This document shows positions 20,401 through 31,888 of a DNA stretch of 64,000 nt, piece by piece. The notes under the pieces are model-generated. The model did no database searches, had not been told where the DNA came from, and saw only the letters and a program-made list of their open reading frames with translations. How positions within the stretch are numbered: the stretch's first letter is position 1; each line of letters begins with the position of its first letter. The DNA is from Salisapilia sapeloensis CBS 127946 (taxonomy: Eukaryota; Protista; Oomycota), in contig JAADVB010000005.1 of the NCBI GenBank assembly GCA_023334545.1, positions 62,001 to 126,000 on the forward strand, written 5' to 3'. Position numbers and translations under genes: made by a program.

Positions 20401-23238
20401 ATGAAGGTAGGTGCTGCATAGTTGGATACATGGTATCGTTGAAATAATGTTACGTTTATATGAATTAGACCGCTGTGAGTGCTGATACGAAAGGGAAAGA
20501 AGATGAAAAGCGGAAGGAGGAAGACATCAATGATGCGGAAGAAGAGGAAGATGAAGATGAGGATTTAGATGAAGATGATGAAGACGATGATGATGAAGAT
20601 GTCGAAGAAGACACAGGGCTAACGGAAAACCAGAATAGATTATTGTATCTTATTTCGTTATATTCCAAGCCAGCGATTCGAGCAACCGATAAAGAAGAAT
20701 GGATTCGAAAGCCAGCTTTGCTCGTACTGCTGTATGAATGCATTGTTGCGAAAGCACTTGATTATGACTATGCTCCATCTTCTGAAGTGGTAGAGAATAA
20801 ACGCAAATACTTTAATATTTCTCAAGAAGGCAAGTCTGATCTCGACTTCTTACGTGAAGAGGATCTCGTGAATGGACTAAAACTGTCGTCGAAAAGCTAT
20901 CAACCGGTAACCTGCTTCCAGATATCGGAGAAAGGACTGGAAATCATTGGAAAGATTGGCAAGGCCGATAAAATTGCGGTCAATGATTGTGCCTATGCTC
21001 CTAGCACATTAAACTTACTTCGTGTTGATTGGGATGGGGATGAATACTGGTTAGTGGATGATAAAGGTGAATATCGAAGACTGTCTTCGGTCACAGAGAC
21101 AGAGGACGTGTCTTACGTCTCGAGTGCATATATTCCGCAATGTCTTCGATTTGGCGGACGTCCAACACTGAGTAACGCTCATCGTGCACATGAGTGTGGT
21201 GTCAGTGACTCAACTATTCGCGACCAGCTTGATGAAATCATCACACTAAACTCTGTTTCGCTTATCGTTAGCGAGTTCATTCCGTTTGGATCAAACCAAA
21301 TCGTTCAACTGAATAGTAACTTGGGATCTACTGAAAGAGTACAAGGAGGATTCTTTACTGCGGTAGTCGACGATGATTCAAGTGGCACACAGATCTCCGT
21401 AGATCCTGGGTTGACATCAATCAATATCCTCGATTACACGCCAACAAACCATGTCAACTTTGAAGCGGACATCCACTTTCCAGAGGCACCTGGCGTCGTG
21501 CAGGTCGAGACATTTGGCGTTTCACTCACTGCTGCAGGCTCGAGCTTTTACGGAATGCAGGTCGAGGCAATCATGGACCGCATTAAGGACAACATCTCTC
21601 TCGATCACTTGTCTCGTCTTCTGGTCGATGTTCATATGGACTCTTCCAAAATTGTCGACAGTGTCTTATCTGCGTACCAGAGATCGTTATTATCTCTGGT
21701 TTACTCTGGACAAGCAGAGAGCCGAAATAAAATCAATCTCATCGTTGCCAACGAAATTACACCTCATCTTACTGCTGAGGAGTACTTAGACAAGGGAGAA
21801 TATGAAAACGAATTAAAGCAAGTCGTTGGGGATACACGTGCTGCTTTCGACATAAGTGAGCATGACACTCTTGTCTTCGGTGCTTACGGGCTGCTCTTGG
21901 CCGGACCAAATAGTCGTCATCATGAACCACTCTTGTGTAGCTTCCTTCAATTTGAGTCCATGAATCTCTTCACACAAAACTTCTTTGGCAGGCTCTTTAT
22001 CTTGGTGGATGATATGACTCAGGTTCGAAAGCTCATTAGTGAAGCGGAGAAAGACCCAAACCGATTACACGAGATTCGATCAAGACTTGCTGCTCTCGCA
22101 AAAGAAGTCATCATGTTGGAGGAAACACTCGGATACTTGAAAGAATCGCTTGATGAAGCTATAGTACCAAAAGAGCCACCAGAGCAAGCTGGCCGCAGTC
22201 TATATGAGAGACTCCAGCTTAATATACTAAGCAACCAGCTAAAACGACGGGCTCGAGATCTGTATAAGAATATGGCTGGCGCCCGACACGAACTCGAAGT
22301 GTTGAATGAAATGGCCAACATCGTATCAAGTGAAAAGCAGTTCCAACAGCAAGAAGCAATTAGACTGCACTCAAGAACTCTCTGTGAGCTTCAGAAAACG
22401 AATGAGCACAATGCAGTCACTTTGATCGTCATCCAGTTTGCCGTGTGTGGTGGATTGGCTTTCCAAATGCTCGATCGAGTAACAGGAGACTGGACTGTCA
22501 CAGACACCGTATGGATGCAAAGCTTCCTTCAGACGATGATGTATGGTAACCCTGGCCTTTGGTTCTTCTTCAATTTGCTTGTCTGGGCCATTGTAGCCGG
22601 AGGCGTGTTATACTTGCTTTATTACTACAAGTTCGTCAATGAAGGCGTTATCACAATCCGAGTTGAAAAACGCGTACCGATCATCCTAGCAAACCTCTCA
22701 ACTTTCTTGCGACCCAAACTGCTTTCGGTACAATTTGTCGCTTGCATCTACTTCATCTTGTATCTAACTTTGCTTGAATGTGTACAGGAAGAGGGTCATC
22801 ACTTTGATGGCGGGGTAAGAGTTGCCAAGGTAGTTTGGACTGAGAAGGACAAGAAACAGTGGGGAGGTACCGTACCAACGATCGAGGTACATTTTCAGTG
22901 TGTTACATCCTAGATGAAATCTTATCATAGCGCTAACACGAATCCTGTGTCTGTAGCTTGAGTACGACGAAGAAAACGCGTTCATGCTTCGGATGGCTAT
23001 ATCTTACAAAAAACGCCAAGCTGCAAAAGCTCTTGCATTCAATTCAAATGAGCTATACACACGAATGTTACAAGATCTTGATAAAGCCAAAGTCTTCGTC
23101 ACACCTGAAAGTAAGGCGTCTACGATGAGCTCCAATTCCCCAGGTGCATCCCTTCCAGCAGTAACCCCCAAGCCTTTGACGAATGAAGATAAAAAAGCTG
23201 AGGAAAAGTCCTTGCCAGTGGATACCAAAAACGTCTAG
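20401..23238 (+). CDS. Conserved hypothetical membrane protein (acidic tract, wHTH-like DYDYAP domain, helical bundle, two TM helices)
   Basis: ATG AAG|gtaggt…ag|ACC GCT GTG joins a 6-nt first exon to ORF 20475..22913. Two further introns (about 22727 and 22886) join to ORF 22984..23238 (LEYDEENAFMLRMAISYKKR…). Two hydrophobic helices lie near the C-terminus. Confidence 0.8.
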
Positions 23239-23314
23239 CTAGTGTACAACGGCAATCCAGTCTTGCTTATAGATCATGAACAACATGAAATAGCTTATTG
23301 TCACGACTAGCTTT

Positions 23315-26300
23315 CTATTCAACTCTTGTTCCAACATCTTTCTTCATCTCATCAAAGACACCGCGCAAATAATGTACTTCTGCTGGATGTGTAACCTGCT
23401 TGAAGAAATCAACAACGCTAGTCGCAGAATACTGACGCAATATGTTAGCTAGCAGCTTTTGCATCGCAATCACATCTTCCTGTAGCGCGCTTTCACCATC
23501 CAACTCCACTTCTTTCCATCGATCGATAATTTGCTCAATTAGGAAAGCTGTCGTGGAGTTACCTAGTTCTTTGTCACTGTCCAGGAGTGCATAACACATC
23601 GTAGCTAAATTCTCTCGGTCTTCTTTAAGCTCATCATCATCGTCAATGACCACATCATCCGTCTCCGCATCACTCGAGTGGACACAACGTGAGAGGAAGA
23701 AGACAATTTCCGAGTCATTCAGTTGATGCGACGATTTCTCGTCGAGGCATTCCTCTAGCAATGGCACAAGTTGGTTACTGTCGGCGTTGGCACAGAACGC
23801 AGCGAGAGCGATGGTGGCATTGTCCCTGTCCATATCACTAATAGCACGCAGCAAGACTTTTTGTCCACGATCTCTATCATCTAATTCAGCTGCTAATGCC
23901 GCGAAGCCAGTCGCGAATGATTCAGACCAGTGCATTTTGTCTCGTCCATCCGACCCACGTGCATTTTCCACCATGTCGATGACCAATGTAGAATGTGCAG
24001 CCTCCTCAGATAGCCTCATGTAATATTCTAACGCAAGAGCATCAGCACCCATGCGTTTGTTGTGCATTTCCTCCAGAATTTTTCGACTCATAGGCGTAAT
24101 GTCCTCTAGCGTGTACGTATCACTTCCATCCACTGGTGTTGTTTTCAATGTCAGCAACTTGCGTACTGCTGATAAAGACTTGTGCACTTGCATTTCATCT
24201 AAACCTTCCAAGATCGATAGATGTCGTAGCATTGCTCGATAGGTAAATCGAGTAGACTTGGAAGTCGATGCAGCCATCTCATTTGCCCACAGAACAAAGT
24301 TATCCGGATCATCTGACCATGAAGCATACAGTCGTAGCATCAAGCTATACGTCATACTATTCGGCTGAATGTTCATCTCGAATTGTGCTTCCCGAATCAT
24401 TCGTTCTGCTAGCTCAGATCCTTCTTGTCCACCTACAGCAACAACTTTTTCTAATAGCGCATTCAACACACGTGGGGTGACGCCAGGTGTGTCTTTATTC
24501 CACTGCTGGTGGAGTTGCTTCATATTTCGAAAGCTTCGCCATAGCTCTGCTGGCTCGGCCTCTGGTAGCATTTGAATCAGTCGCACGGCGGAGAAGTCTG
24601 CGATCGCCACTTGCTTTGTCATCACGGCACTCAGCAGTATTCGAGCTCGATCCGATGTCTCTTTATCAATTTTACGTAGCTGATACGCAGCCTTGATGAC
24701 TGCATCCCACACCATGGAGCATCCTGCTAGTTCATCATCGGTAAACAGAGGCTGCAAGTGATCAAACAAAAGCAAAGCTTTTTCCGGTGTACCCTGCTCG
24801 ATGTACGCAAACATCGCATGAGCATGTACATAAATATTGGGCTCCATACCGTGCATCTTCATGCGTCGAAAGACGTTTAACAATTCATCTGTATCATGGA
24901 TACCACCTAATGCAACAGCACGGTGTCCTTGTATCCGATCGTCATTTAGCAGTACTTCAGACGCTGGTCTCAAGTCTAGACTAGCGGAGTCGTTCGACAC
25001 ATTCGTGTCTAGATTCTCTTTCCAAAGACTGTCATATCGCTGCAGCACTCGCTTCCATTTGTGGTCACGACTGGGTACTAACAAATAGGCACTGTAAATA
25101 TCGGCGGTAGGGATTACTTCATCCACCAACATTTGATTAAACAGCTCTTCCGATGCTGACACGCGCCACCCACAAGCATTAATAGCGCCAGTATATGAGA
25201 CTGCATCCGGCGTTAGTCCATACTTGTTTCGCATCATGTCTAGAATGTCCATCGCAAACGAGTAGTGCGAGTAGCGACCAAGGCCATGCAATGCAGCGTT
25301 AAATACTGATCGAGGGATGTCACCAGTTTGTTGGTCCAGTTCGTTCATTGTCCACATGATCAAATTGCGAACTGGAAACTTGGCGTTATGCGTATAAGGT
25401 GAGACAGTGTCTGGGAAGTATCTCATGAACGCTTCTTTCGTTTCCTCCCACTTCATTTGCGCCATGAACGTGCATACGAGTTCAAAACGTCGATCCCCAT
25501 CGATTTCACCGCCTTGCTCCACGATGTTAGATGCCAATAACTCGGCTGATTCGCCTGCACCAGTCTGTATCGCATGGTCGAATAAGTCCGTCAAGATAGG
25601 CTCCAACTCTTCCACGTCCCACTCATGCCACTGGACAAGCTGATTGAGCAATTGCTTCGTCGCTGTCGTCTCACCCGCAGACATGCATAGACGAATGGTG
25701 TCTTCATGCAGCTCTGGTGATGGAAGAAATTTTTTATTCATCGTCATCTCTTCTAATAATCTCTTTGCTCTGATCCACTGAGTTCCTTCGATGCAAGCAC
25801 GAACTCCGTTTTCATAGACGGACTGCAGAGGATGCATCATGTCGGGAGCATCGTTCATCACGCGGACGATCTCTTCAGCTACTTGCCAATCGCCAAGAGG
25901 TGCACAAGCCTTTGCTGTCAATTCGATAGTGAGAGGAGACACGGAGACACCTGCATCACGTAGCTTTAAGTATACATTCACGACCAATTGTGGGTCTTCT
26001 AGACCATCACCGACCATGGACATGACGGTGGACTCCTGACCGTCCATTTCAGCGTATACGTGATGCGACAGCATCTTGTCAACAAGCTCTCGAGCACGAG
26101 CAGCCTCCGGATGGGAAGCCGACGGGTCATTTAGAAAACTTTTCAACTCATTGAGTTCGGTCATTGGAAGCTGCTCATGCTCACCCGATTGCGTAGTAGT
26201 ATTACTACTTAGAGACCGAAACTGATCTTTTCGGCGGTTCTGTGGCTGTCGAGTCCTGCGTAACACTGGCCAGTGTTCTGCCGAGACTCGATGCAATGAC

Positions 26301-26410
26301 CTTCTCGTGATTGCAGAGAAATGACGTATTGAAAAGGCTCCGGAGTGTCCAATTGCACGGTGCGTCTGATAGACGTGTGCACGCGCAGCAGTGGCAGCTC
26401 GTCGTAGCAT
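23315..26410 (-). CDS. Pentatricopeptide-repeat (PPR) protein, probably mitochondrial
   Basis: PPR motifs such as FNAALHGLGRYSHYSFAMDILDMMRNKYGLTPDAVSYTGAINACG, VIPTADIYSAYL, MEPNIYVHAHAMFAYIEQG and IQPNSMTYSLMLRLYA. The Arg-rich, acid-poor N-terminus from MLRRAATAARAH (ATG 26410) resembles a mitochondrial presequence. Confidence 0.88.
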   Translation of the reverse strand: MLRRAATAARAHVYQTHRAIGHSGAFSIRHFSAITRRSLHRVSAEHWPVLRRTRQPQNRRKDQFRSLSSNTTTQSGEHEQLPMTELNELKSFLNDPSASHPEAARARELVDKMLSHHVYAEMDGQESTVMSMVGDGLEDPQLVVNVYLKLRDAGVSVSPLTIELTAKACAPLGDWQVAEEIVRVMNDAPDMMHPLQSVYENGVRACIEGTQWIRAKRLLEEMTMNKKFLPSPELHEDTIRLCMSAGETTATKQLLNQLVQWHEWDVEELEPILTDLFDHAIQTGAGESAELLASNIVEQGGEIDGDRRFELVCTFMAQMKWEETKEAFMRYFPDTVSPYTHNAKFPVRNLIMWTMNELDQQTGDIPRSVFNAALHGLGRYSHYSFAMDILDMMRNKYGLTPDAVSYTGAINACGWRVSASEELFNQMLVDEVIPTADIYSAYLLVPSRDHKWKRVLQRYDSLWKENLDTNVSNDSASLDLRPASEVLLNDDRIQGHRAVALGGIHDTDELLNVFRRMKMHGMEPNIYVHAHAMFAYIEQGTPEKALLLFDHLQPLFTDDELAGCSMVWDAVIKAAYQLRKIDKETSDRARILLSAVMTKQVAIADFSAVRLIQMLPEAEPAELWRSFRNMKQLHQQWNKDTPGVTPRVLNALLEKVVAVGGQEGSELAERMIREAQFEMNIQPNSMTYSLMLRLYASWSDDPDNFVLWANEMAASTSKSTRFTYRAMLRHLSILEGLDEMQVHKSLSAVRKLLTLKTTPVDGSDTYTLEDITPMSRKILEEMHNKRMGADALALEYYMRLSEEAAHSTLVIDMVENARGSDGRDKMHWSESFATGFAALAAELDDRDRGQKVLLRAISDMDRDNATIALAAFCANADSNQLVPLLEECLDEKSSHQLNDSEIVFFLSRCVHSSDAETDDVVIDDDDELKEDRENLATMCYALLDSDKELGNSTTAFLIEQIIDRWKEVELDGESALQEDVIAMQKLLANILRQYSATSVVDFFKQVTHPAEVHYLRGVFDEMKKDVGTRVE

Positions 26411-26672
26411 GTTTGTCTTAACCACCAGAAGCTCACTCGCTATATGCACACCAGAATACTCTTAATTACACAAGTACTGTGAAGCGCTTTACACCTGACC
26501 AAGCCTGGCAGATCCTCGAGCCCAAGTTTCCACAGGAAGAAGCACAGTGAGAAACGTATGACGTGAAACCAGATGATTGAAATTGACGCGGGCTGATTAT
26601 TCTATCTCCGCGGATTCCTTCACATCTTTTGCTCTGTCAAAAGTCTCACTTTCGAATTTGCCTCCATCCATT

Positions 26673-28346
26673 ATGGGCAATTCCAATAGCACGCCGGATC
26701 TCACGTGCAACTCGTACTCGGAAGCACTTGGTAAAAATATTACTGGTGTGTGCGTCTGTACGGTCGAAAAACCATGCCCGACAATCTCGAACGACTACTT
26801 GACGATCGAAGATGACGAGTCGATGATGTTCACGACAAGTCGTGCTGGTCTACGTCTTGCGCCGTCCAGCCATGGTTTCTCTACGAATGAAGACATTACG
26901 TCGTCGAATGCCGATTATGTTATGGATGTTTCGACCGAGTACCAGACGATCATTGGTTTCGGTGGCGCCATGACTGATGCGACAGCCATCAATGTCTATG
27001 CTATGGATGAAGAGTTACAAGACAAGATCATCGACCATTATTATGGCTCGAATGGCATCCAGTACACTACCGGTCGAATCCCGATTGCATCAACCGATTT
27101 CTCTACCAGCATCTACTCGTACAATGATGTTGATGGCGACCTGGAGATGGAAAACTTCTCCATTGACATTGACCGAGAGCCGACTTCCCACAAACTCTCG
27201 CTCATTCATCGCATATTGAAGAAAACGTCTCGGGAGCTCTCGCTCTTTGCCTCATCATGGGCACCACCTGCATGGATGACGGAGGAACAATCGACTCTGA
27301 ACTGTCATCTGAAAGGTGAACCTGGTAATGAAAACGGAGAGTATTGGCAGGCACTTGCCCTCTACTACTCCAAGTTCTTAAAAGCGTACATCGAGGACGA
27401 AGGCATTCCGATTTGGGGAATGACAACCCAAAATGAGCCACATGACCCTGGTATCCACTTAAACTCTTGGCAAAGTCTTCGCTTCTCGACAGAGACAGAG
27501 CGCGACTTTATCAAGTACCACCTCGGTCCGATGCTAAAGGAGAACCATCCGGAGGTGAAGCTGATTATGCTGGATGACAACAAAAACTTAATCTCGGACT
27601 GGCGAGCTGCAATGGAAGATAAGGAAGCGGCACAATACGTGAGTGGACTCGGCATTCATTGGTACAGCAACTATGATTTTGTGCTGAGCACTGACGGTAA
27701 CTTTGACGACGTCGCCGATTTCCATGAGGACTACCCAGACGTCTTTATCCTCGGAACAGAGGCTTGCGAAGGGTATATCTTGGAGTTCATTGGCACCGGG
27801 TCTGGGGTTCAATTGGATAACTATAATCGAGTCTGGTGGAGAGCTCGCAACTACGCTCTTGACATTGTCGGTGACCTCCAACACTTTGCGTCTGGCTGGA
27901 CCGACTGGAACCTGGTGCTTGATGCAGCCACTGGAGGACCGAACTGGTACATGACTCTCTTTCTGTGTCTCCCCGTATATATTTGTCTATGATATGCTAA
28001 CTGCCGAATGTGGTATTCATACGATAGGGCCAAAAACTTTGTGACCGCTCCTATTCTTACGGACACGCAAGGTGGCTCGGAGTACTACTTGCATCCGATC
28101 TACTTCGTCATGGGCCAATTCTCCAAATTCCTACCTGCTGGCTCTAAACGCATTGGCCTTAAGGAGCAAAAGTCACGCAAGGATGTGTACGTGGCGTCAT
28201 TTGTGACACCGGATGATCAATATGTGACCATCCTATTCAACGATGGTGACTCTGCTGTTGACGTCAGCGTTTGGACTCCGAAAGATCAAGCTCTTGAGCT
28301 GAATCTAGCAGCAAATGGCGTCCACACCGTCATTTTTAACGCTTAA
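26673..28346 (+). CDS. Glycoside hydrolase family 30 (glucosylceramidase / beta-1,6-glucanase type), 2 exons
   Basis: YQTIIGFGGAMTDA, GRIPIASTDFS, ASSWAPPAWM, TTQNEP (acid/base Glu), ILGTEAC (nucleophile Glu), GWTDWNLVLD..GGPNW|AKNFVTAPI, YFVMGQFSKFLPAGSKRI. Confidence 0.93.
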
Positions 28347-29429
28347 GATGCATGCCTCTTTTTAAATAAGAATGCATCATGGCATATGAAAGAGCAAAAT
28401 TAACTTTGAATTCACATTTTACCTTTTAATATCGAAGTAATTAGACTTGCATTCGTGGTGACATTTTATTTAGTAGTGCAACATACTGACCTTTTTGGTT
28501 GGAGATGTCCCAGAAGATGGGTAAGGCAGGTGGCATTGAAGCAAGTCAACTTCTATGATCTGCTCCTGACCTTAGATGCGCTATTATTTCTTAGTTTTAA
28601 TATGATTCGAATGTATTGAATCTAAGTTTGTCTTTAGGGATATCAATTACATGTGGGAGCATATCGAATGAGCGTGATTCTAGGGATAGTTGAACGCAAA
28701 ATGGCATTAATATGCAGAGGCAAGGCCACTGGGCCAGCACGCGCTAGAAAAGTCCTTGGGATCTAGGGAGGAAGCCGTTAGAAGTGGGCTAATTTGTAGA
28801 GAGCGCCGAATTGGTAAGCTGGCGCGCTATGCAGAACGCGCTGAATGGAATTTAAACATGCTAAGAAGATGAACATTAACAAAAGAAGGTGCCCATAATC
28901 TTTCTTGTAGTTGTATATAGATCTTCCGGTCATATATTGCAGCACAAAGTATATCACGTAGGCGGTTGTGCTCGGCTGACTGAAGTGCATTAAGAGAGCA
29001 CCTCTAAGTTGTCTCCTTGACGGCCTAGTATATATCCTTGGAAACTTAATCTTCCGTCACCACTTCCATAGGCTCGCATAAAACCTTGTAATGCGTTCTC
29101 TGCGAAGACTTTCGCACTGAAAAGCAGTGAGCTTTTGACTCTTTTAGACTGTCCAACATCGACTATGGATACGTCCAGATCGATGCCTCTGTGCGAAGTT
29201 GATCATCTCCTTGCAGATAATCTCAAAATCCACTTGAACGCGCTGCCCTTCGATACGATTATCTCACGAGGACTTCAAGCTGTAGCTATTTGCCATTCAA
29301 AGAAGATAGGATCTATGGCCTATTTATAGTGAACAAAGGGACATTTATCAGCGAATATGTGGCAGCGGTAAGGTTGTACAGCGCTTGCGTGGATAATTAT
29401 GTATGCAGCCATTATCATTTATCACCAAG

Positions 29430-30043
29430 ATGCCGCGTCGTAATCAACGCCGAAAAGCTTTCGCAATTCGAAAGAAGTTTATACCAGTGGAGATTGACCA
29501 GAGATTTATTTCGCTGTATGAAAGCCAACGTAATCCGGCGACGTGTCCATCAACTTCACCGTTGCATGTAGCCGTGCTGAATGGCGACTACGAAAGTGTT
29601 TCACATTTACTTCATTCATGTGCCTCTGCTACGCCTGTGGACAGCGTACGAACCAAAATACGTAAATGTCGATTTCGTGCTTATTTCATGTTTAATCGTA
29701 GACGGGATACTCTCCTTTACATCATGCTGCATTACTAGGACATCTCGATATATGTGACTTGCTACTTCAAAATGGAGCCAATCCCAATGCTGCAGCACAC
29801 GATGGGAACACACCACTTCACAAAGCAGCCTTTGGACAGCAAATGGAAGTAGTGCATCTCCTACTTAAAGCAGACGCTGATGTCTCCACGAGAAACCAGG
29901 TAACTCAAGCAATTCCAGCTCTTCATTCTTAGAAAGAGACTTCAATTGTATTCATTTCTCGATAGAAACATCAAACCGCTCAAGATATAGCTGCACGAAA
30001 AATGAACTGGGGGTTGGTACAAACCCTTAGAGGAGAAACGTAG
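29430..30043 (+). CDS. Small ankyrin-repeat protein (3 exons)
   Basis: [11 protein letters not shown]… | [40 protein letters not shown]…[14 protein letters not shown] | [25 protein letters not shown]. The start is uncertain and exons from about 29290 are possible. Confidence 0.75.
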
Positions 30044-30175
30044 TGGTAGCGTAATAGCTCGAATGAATCGAAGAGCCATTTAGATCCATTTTGCATGTGT
30101 TTGAAGTTGTACTCATGGTGGCTACACCGGTGGAGAAAGGGAGGGACAGACGCGGATACAAGTCAAACGAAAGAG

Positions 30176-31612
30176 ATGACGACGGAGCAGGAGCGTAAAG
30201 ATCATCAGGAGACTCCTGATCTCCGACAAAGTTCGGCCGATCGAAAGAGACTTGAAGATAAAGTGGATATGCTAACCGCACGGAACAGTGATCTCGCCCG
30301 AGCATTGGTAAGTTTAGTTTTCAAATGAAGACAAGACGATGAGTACATGACACTATGCTTCAAGAACCAGACAAGGGTGGAGCTTAGCCGAAGTAAGGAT
30401 TTGAATAAATTGCTCAGATAGCACTAGTCATTTAAAGCTTTATATGTAGTTCGAGAAGCATACGAGAGCCTCCAACGCGAAAATGGTGTCTACATAGCAT
30501 CCAGAAGACGATATATTCATCTTAACGTCAGTTAAACGTATATCTATATATATAGTGCGGTCACATATGAAAAGACAAAAGAAAGGTAAATAGTAGTCTT
30601 CAGTCCACCACATAAATGCTCGTCTTCCACAGCTTTTGTGTCATCGAATAGACTGCGGAATCCAGTGTGATATCGAAAAAGACATGGAGCTGCAATCGGA
30701 AAACAAACAAAACCACCCCACCAACAATCGTAAACGGACGGATAGAAACGAAAGTGTCCAGCAGCGCAAAGTGGGTGAAAGATTCCTCTTGATATAGTTC
30801 GATTTATTGATTCAAATGGAAACTTAGTCGAATGAAGTGCGTCGAGAATTAAATATGACGTATGCCGGCTTAAATGAGGTAATGAGTAGCATCTCTATAG
30901 CAACTGACTTACTAAGTCACATCTAAAGGCGTGCATGACAATGGATCAGCAGGAAGCTAGTGACAAGACTAGTCAGGCAGTTGACTCTCATTCTAAAGCG
31001 ATACCGACGATCATTGAGGTATGTATGTATTGACATCAACGAAGCCTACTCACTTTGAATACGTCGACAGAGTGCTAGAAGCTCTCAAGAACATGTACCT
31101 GCACCAGCGAAACGTCAATCGGTAACTTTGCGAAAGTTTCTACCAGATCATACCTATTCATTCATGCTATAAAAGCCAAACAAAAACTCTCGCAGTTTAC
31201 GTTGCCGTGATAAAAGCACAAGTTACGTCGAGCCCAAGCTTAACAGTAAACTCCGACAGGTAACCGACAATGTACTCAACAGATATAACAATTGTCTAAT
31301 GTCACTCTAGGGAGATCGTTTCGCTTTCGGCTTTCAAACGCCTGTGAAAAACCGAAATGGAAAGAAGCGAACTCGAGTGGACAAAACCATCCATCCGCCT
31401 CATCCAACTGCGGATTCCGTCAGCGAGGAAACGAGCATCGAGCCGGAGAAATCGCCTTCACCTGTCAGACGTCGCCGGCCTCGGATCTCCTACGCCGAAC
31501 CCAAGCTCAACCGGAAACTTCGCAAGGTCTAGATCTTCTCATAAATATACACTAGAGCACACAACTAACTTTTGAGTACGGATAGGGCGACCCATTTACG
31601 TTCACGACCTGA
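30176..31612 (+). CDS. SGO1: Shugoshin-like protein (about 9 short exons) with N-terminal coiled coil and two SGO motifs
   Basis: The coiled coil RKRLEDKVDMLTARNSDLARAL|NQTRVELSR|IREAYESLQRENG|LLCHRI resembles the PP2A-binding N..LA.AL region. The C-terminal motifs RSLRCRDKSTSYVEPKLNSKLRQ|GDRF and RRRRPRISYAEPKLNRKLRK|GDPF match the SGO consensus SY.EP.L..KLR.GD.F. Middle exons are approximate. Confidence 0.85.
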
Positions 31613-31888
31613 TTTTTGAAGTTTATGCGACTGTTGACAGTTCCTAAATAACAATGGCACGACGTTGTCTTGGCATAGTCAGTTCCAGTGTCGTTACTAC
31701 TTGTCGCCTAGGTTTATACAAAATTCTGCACGTTCGGTACGAAGTCACTTAGTGCCAGCGCTCTTTGCTAGCAGTCATCCATTCCGTATCTCTTTTCCAA
31801 TAAGTCTGAATTGCCATGGGCTGCCGACACTCGAAACATGTATGCTTAGCTTATTGTCAACTTGGAAATATCGTCTTACAGGAAGTAG

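Noticed and set aside
20465-20743. Poly-Ser ORF on the minus strand
   Set aside because: It is the reverse complement of the GAA/GAT acidic tract of the plus-strand gene.
26577-26672. TTG/GTG-initiated N-terminal extensions in the ORF track (GH30, PPR, Vps39, GBP-like)
   Set aside because: In this eukaryotic context the first in-frame ATG or a spliced ATG exon is used instead.
28778-28990. Kinase-like fragment (YFVLQYMTGRSIYNY…VLHS)
   Set aside because: Only a vague resemblance, with no HRD, DFG or APE motifs nearby.
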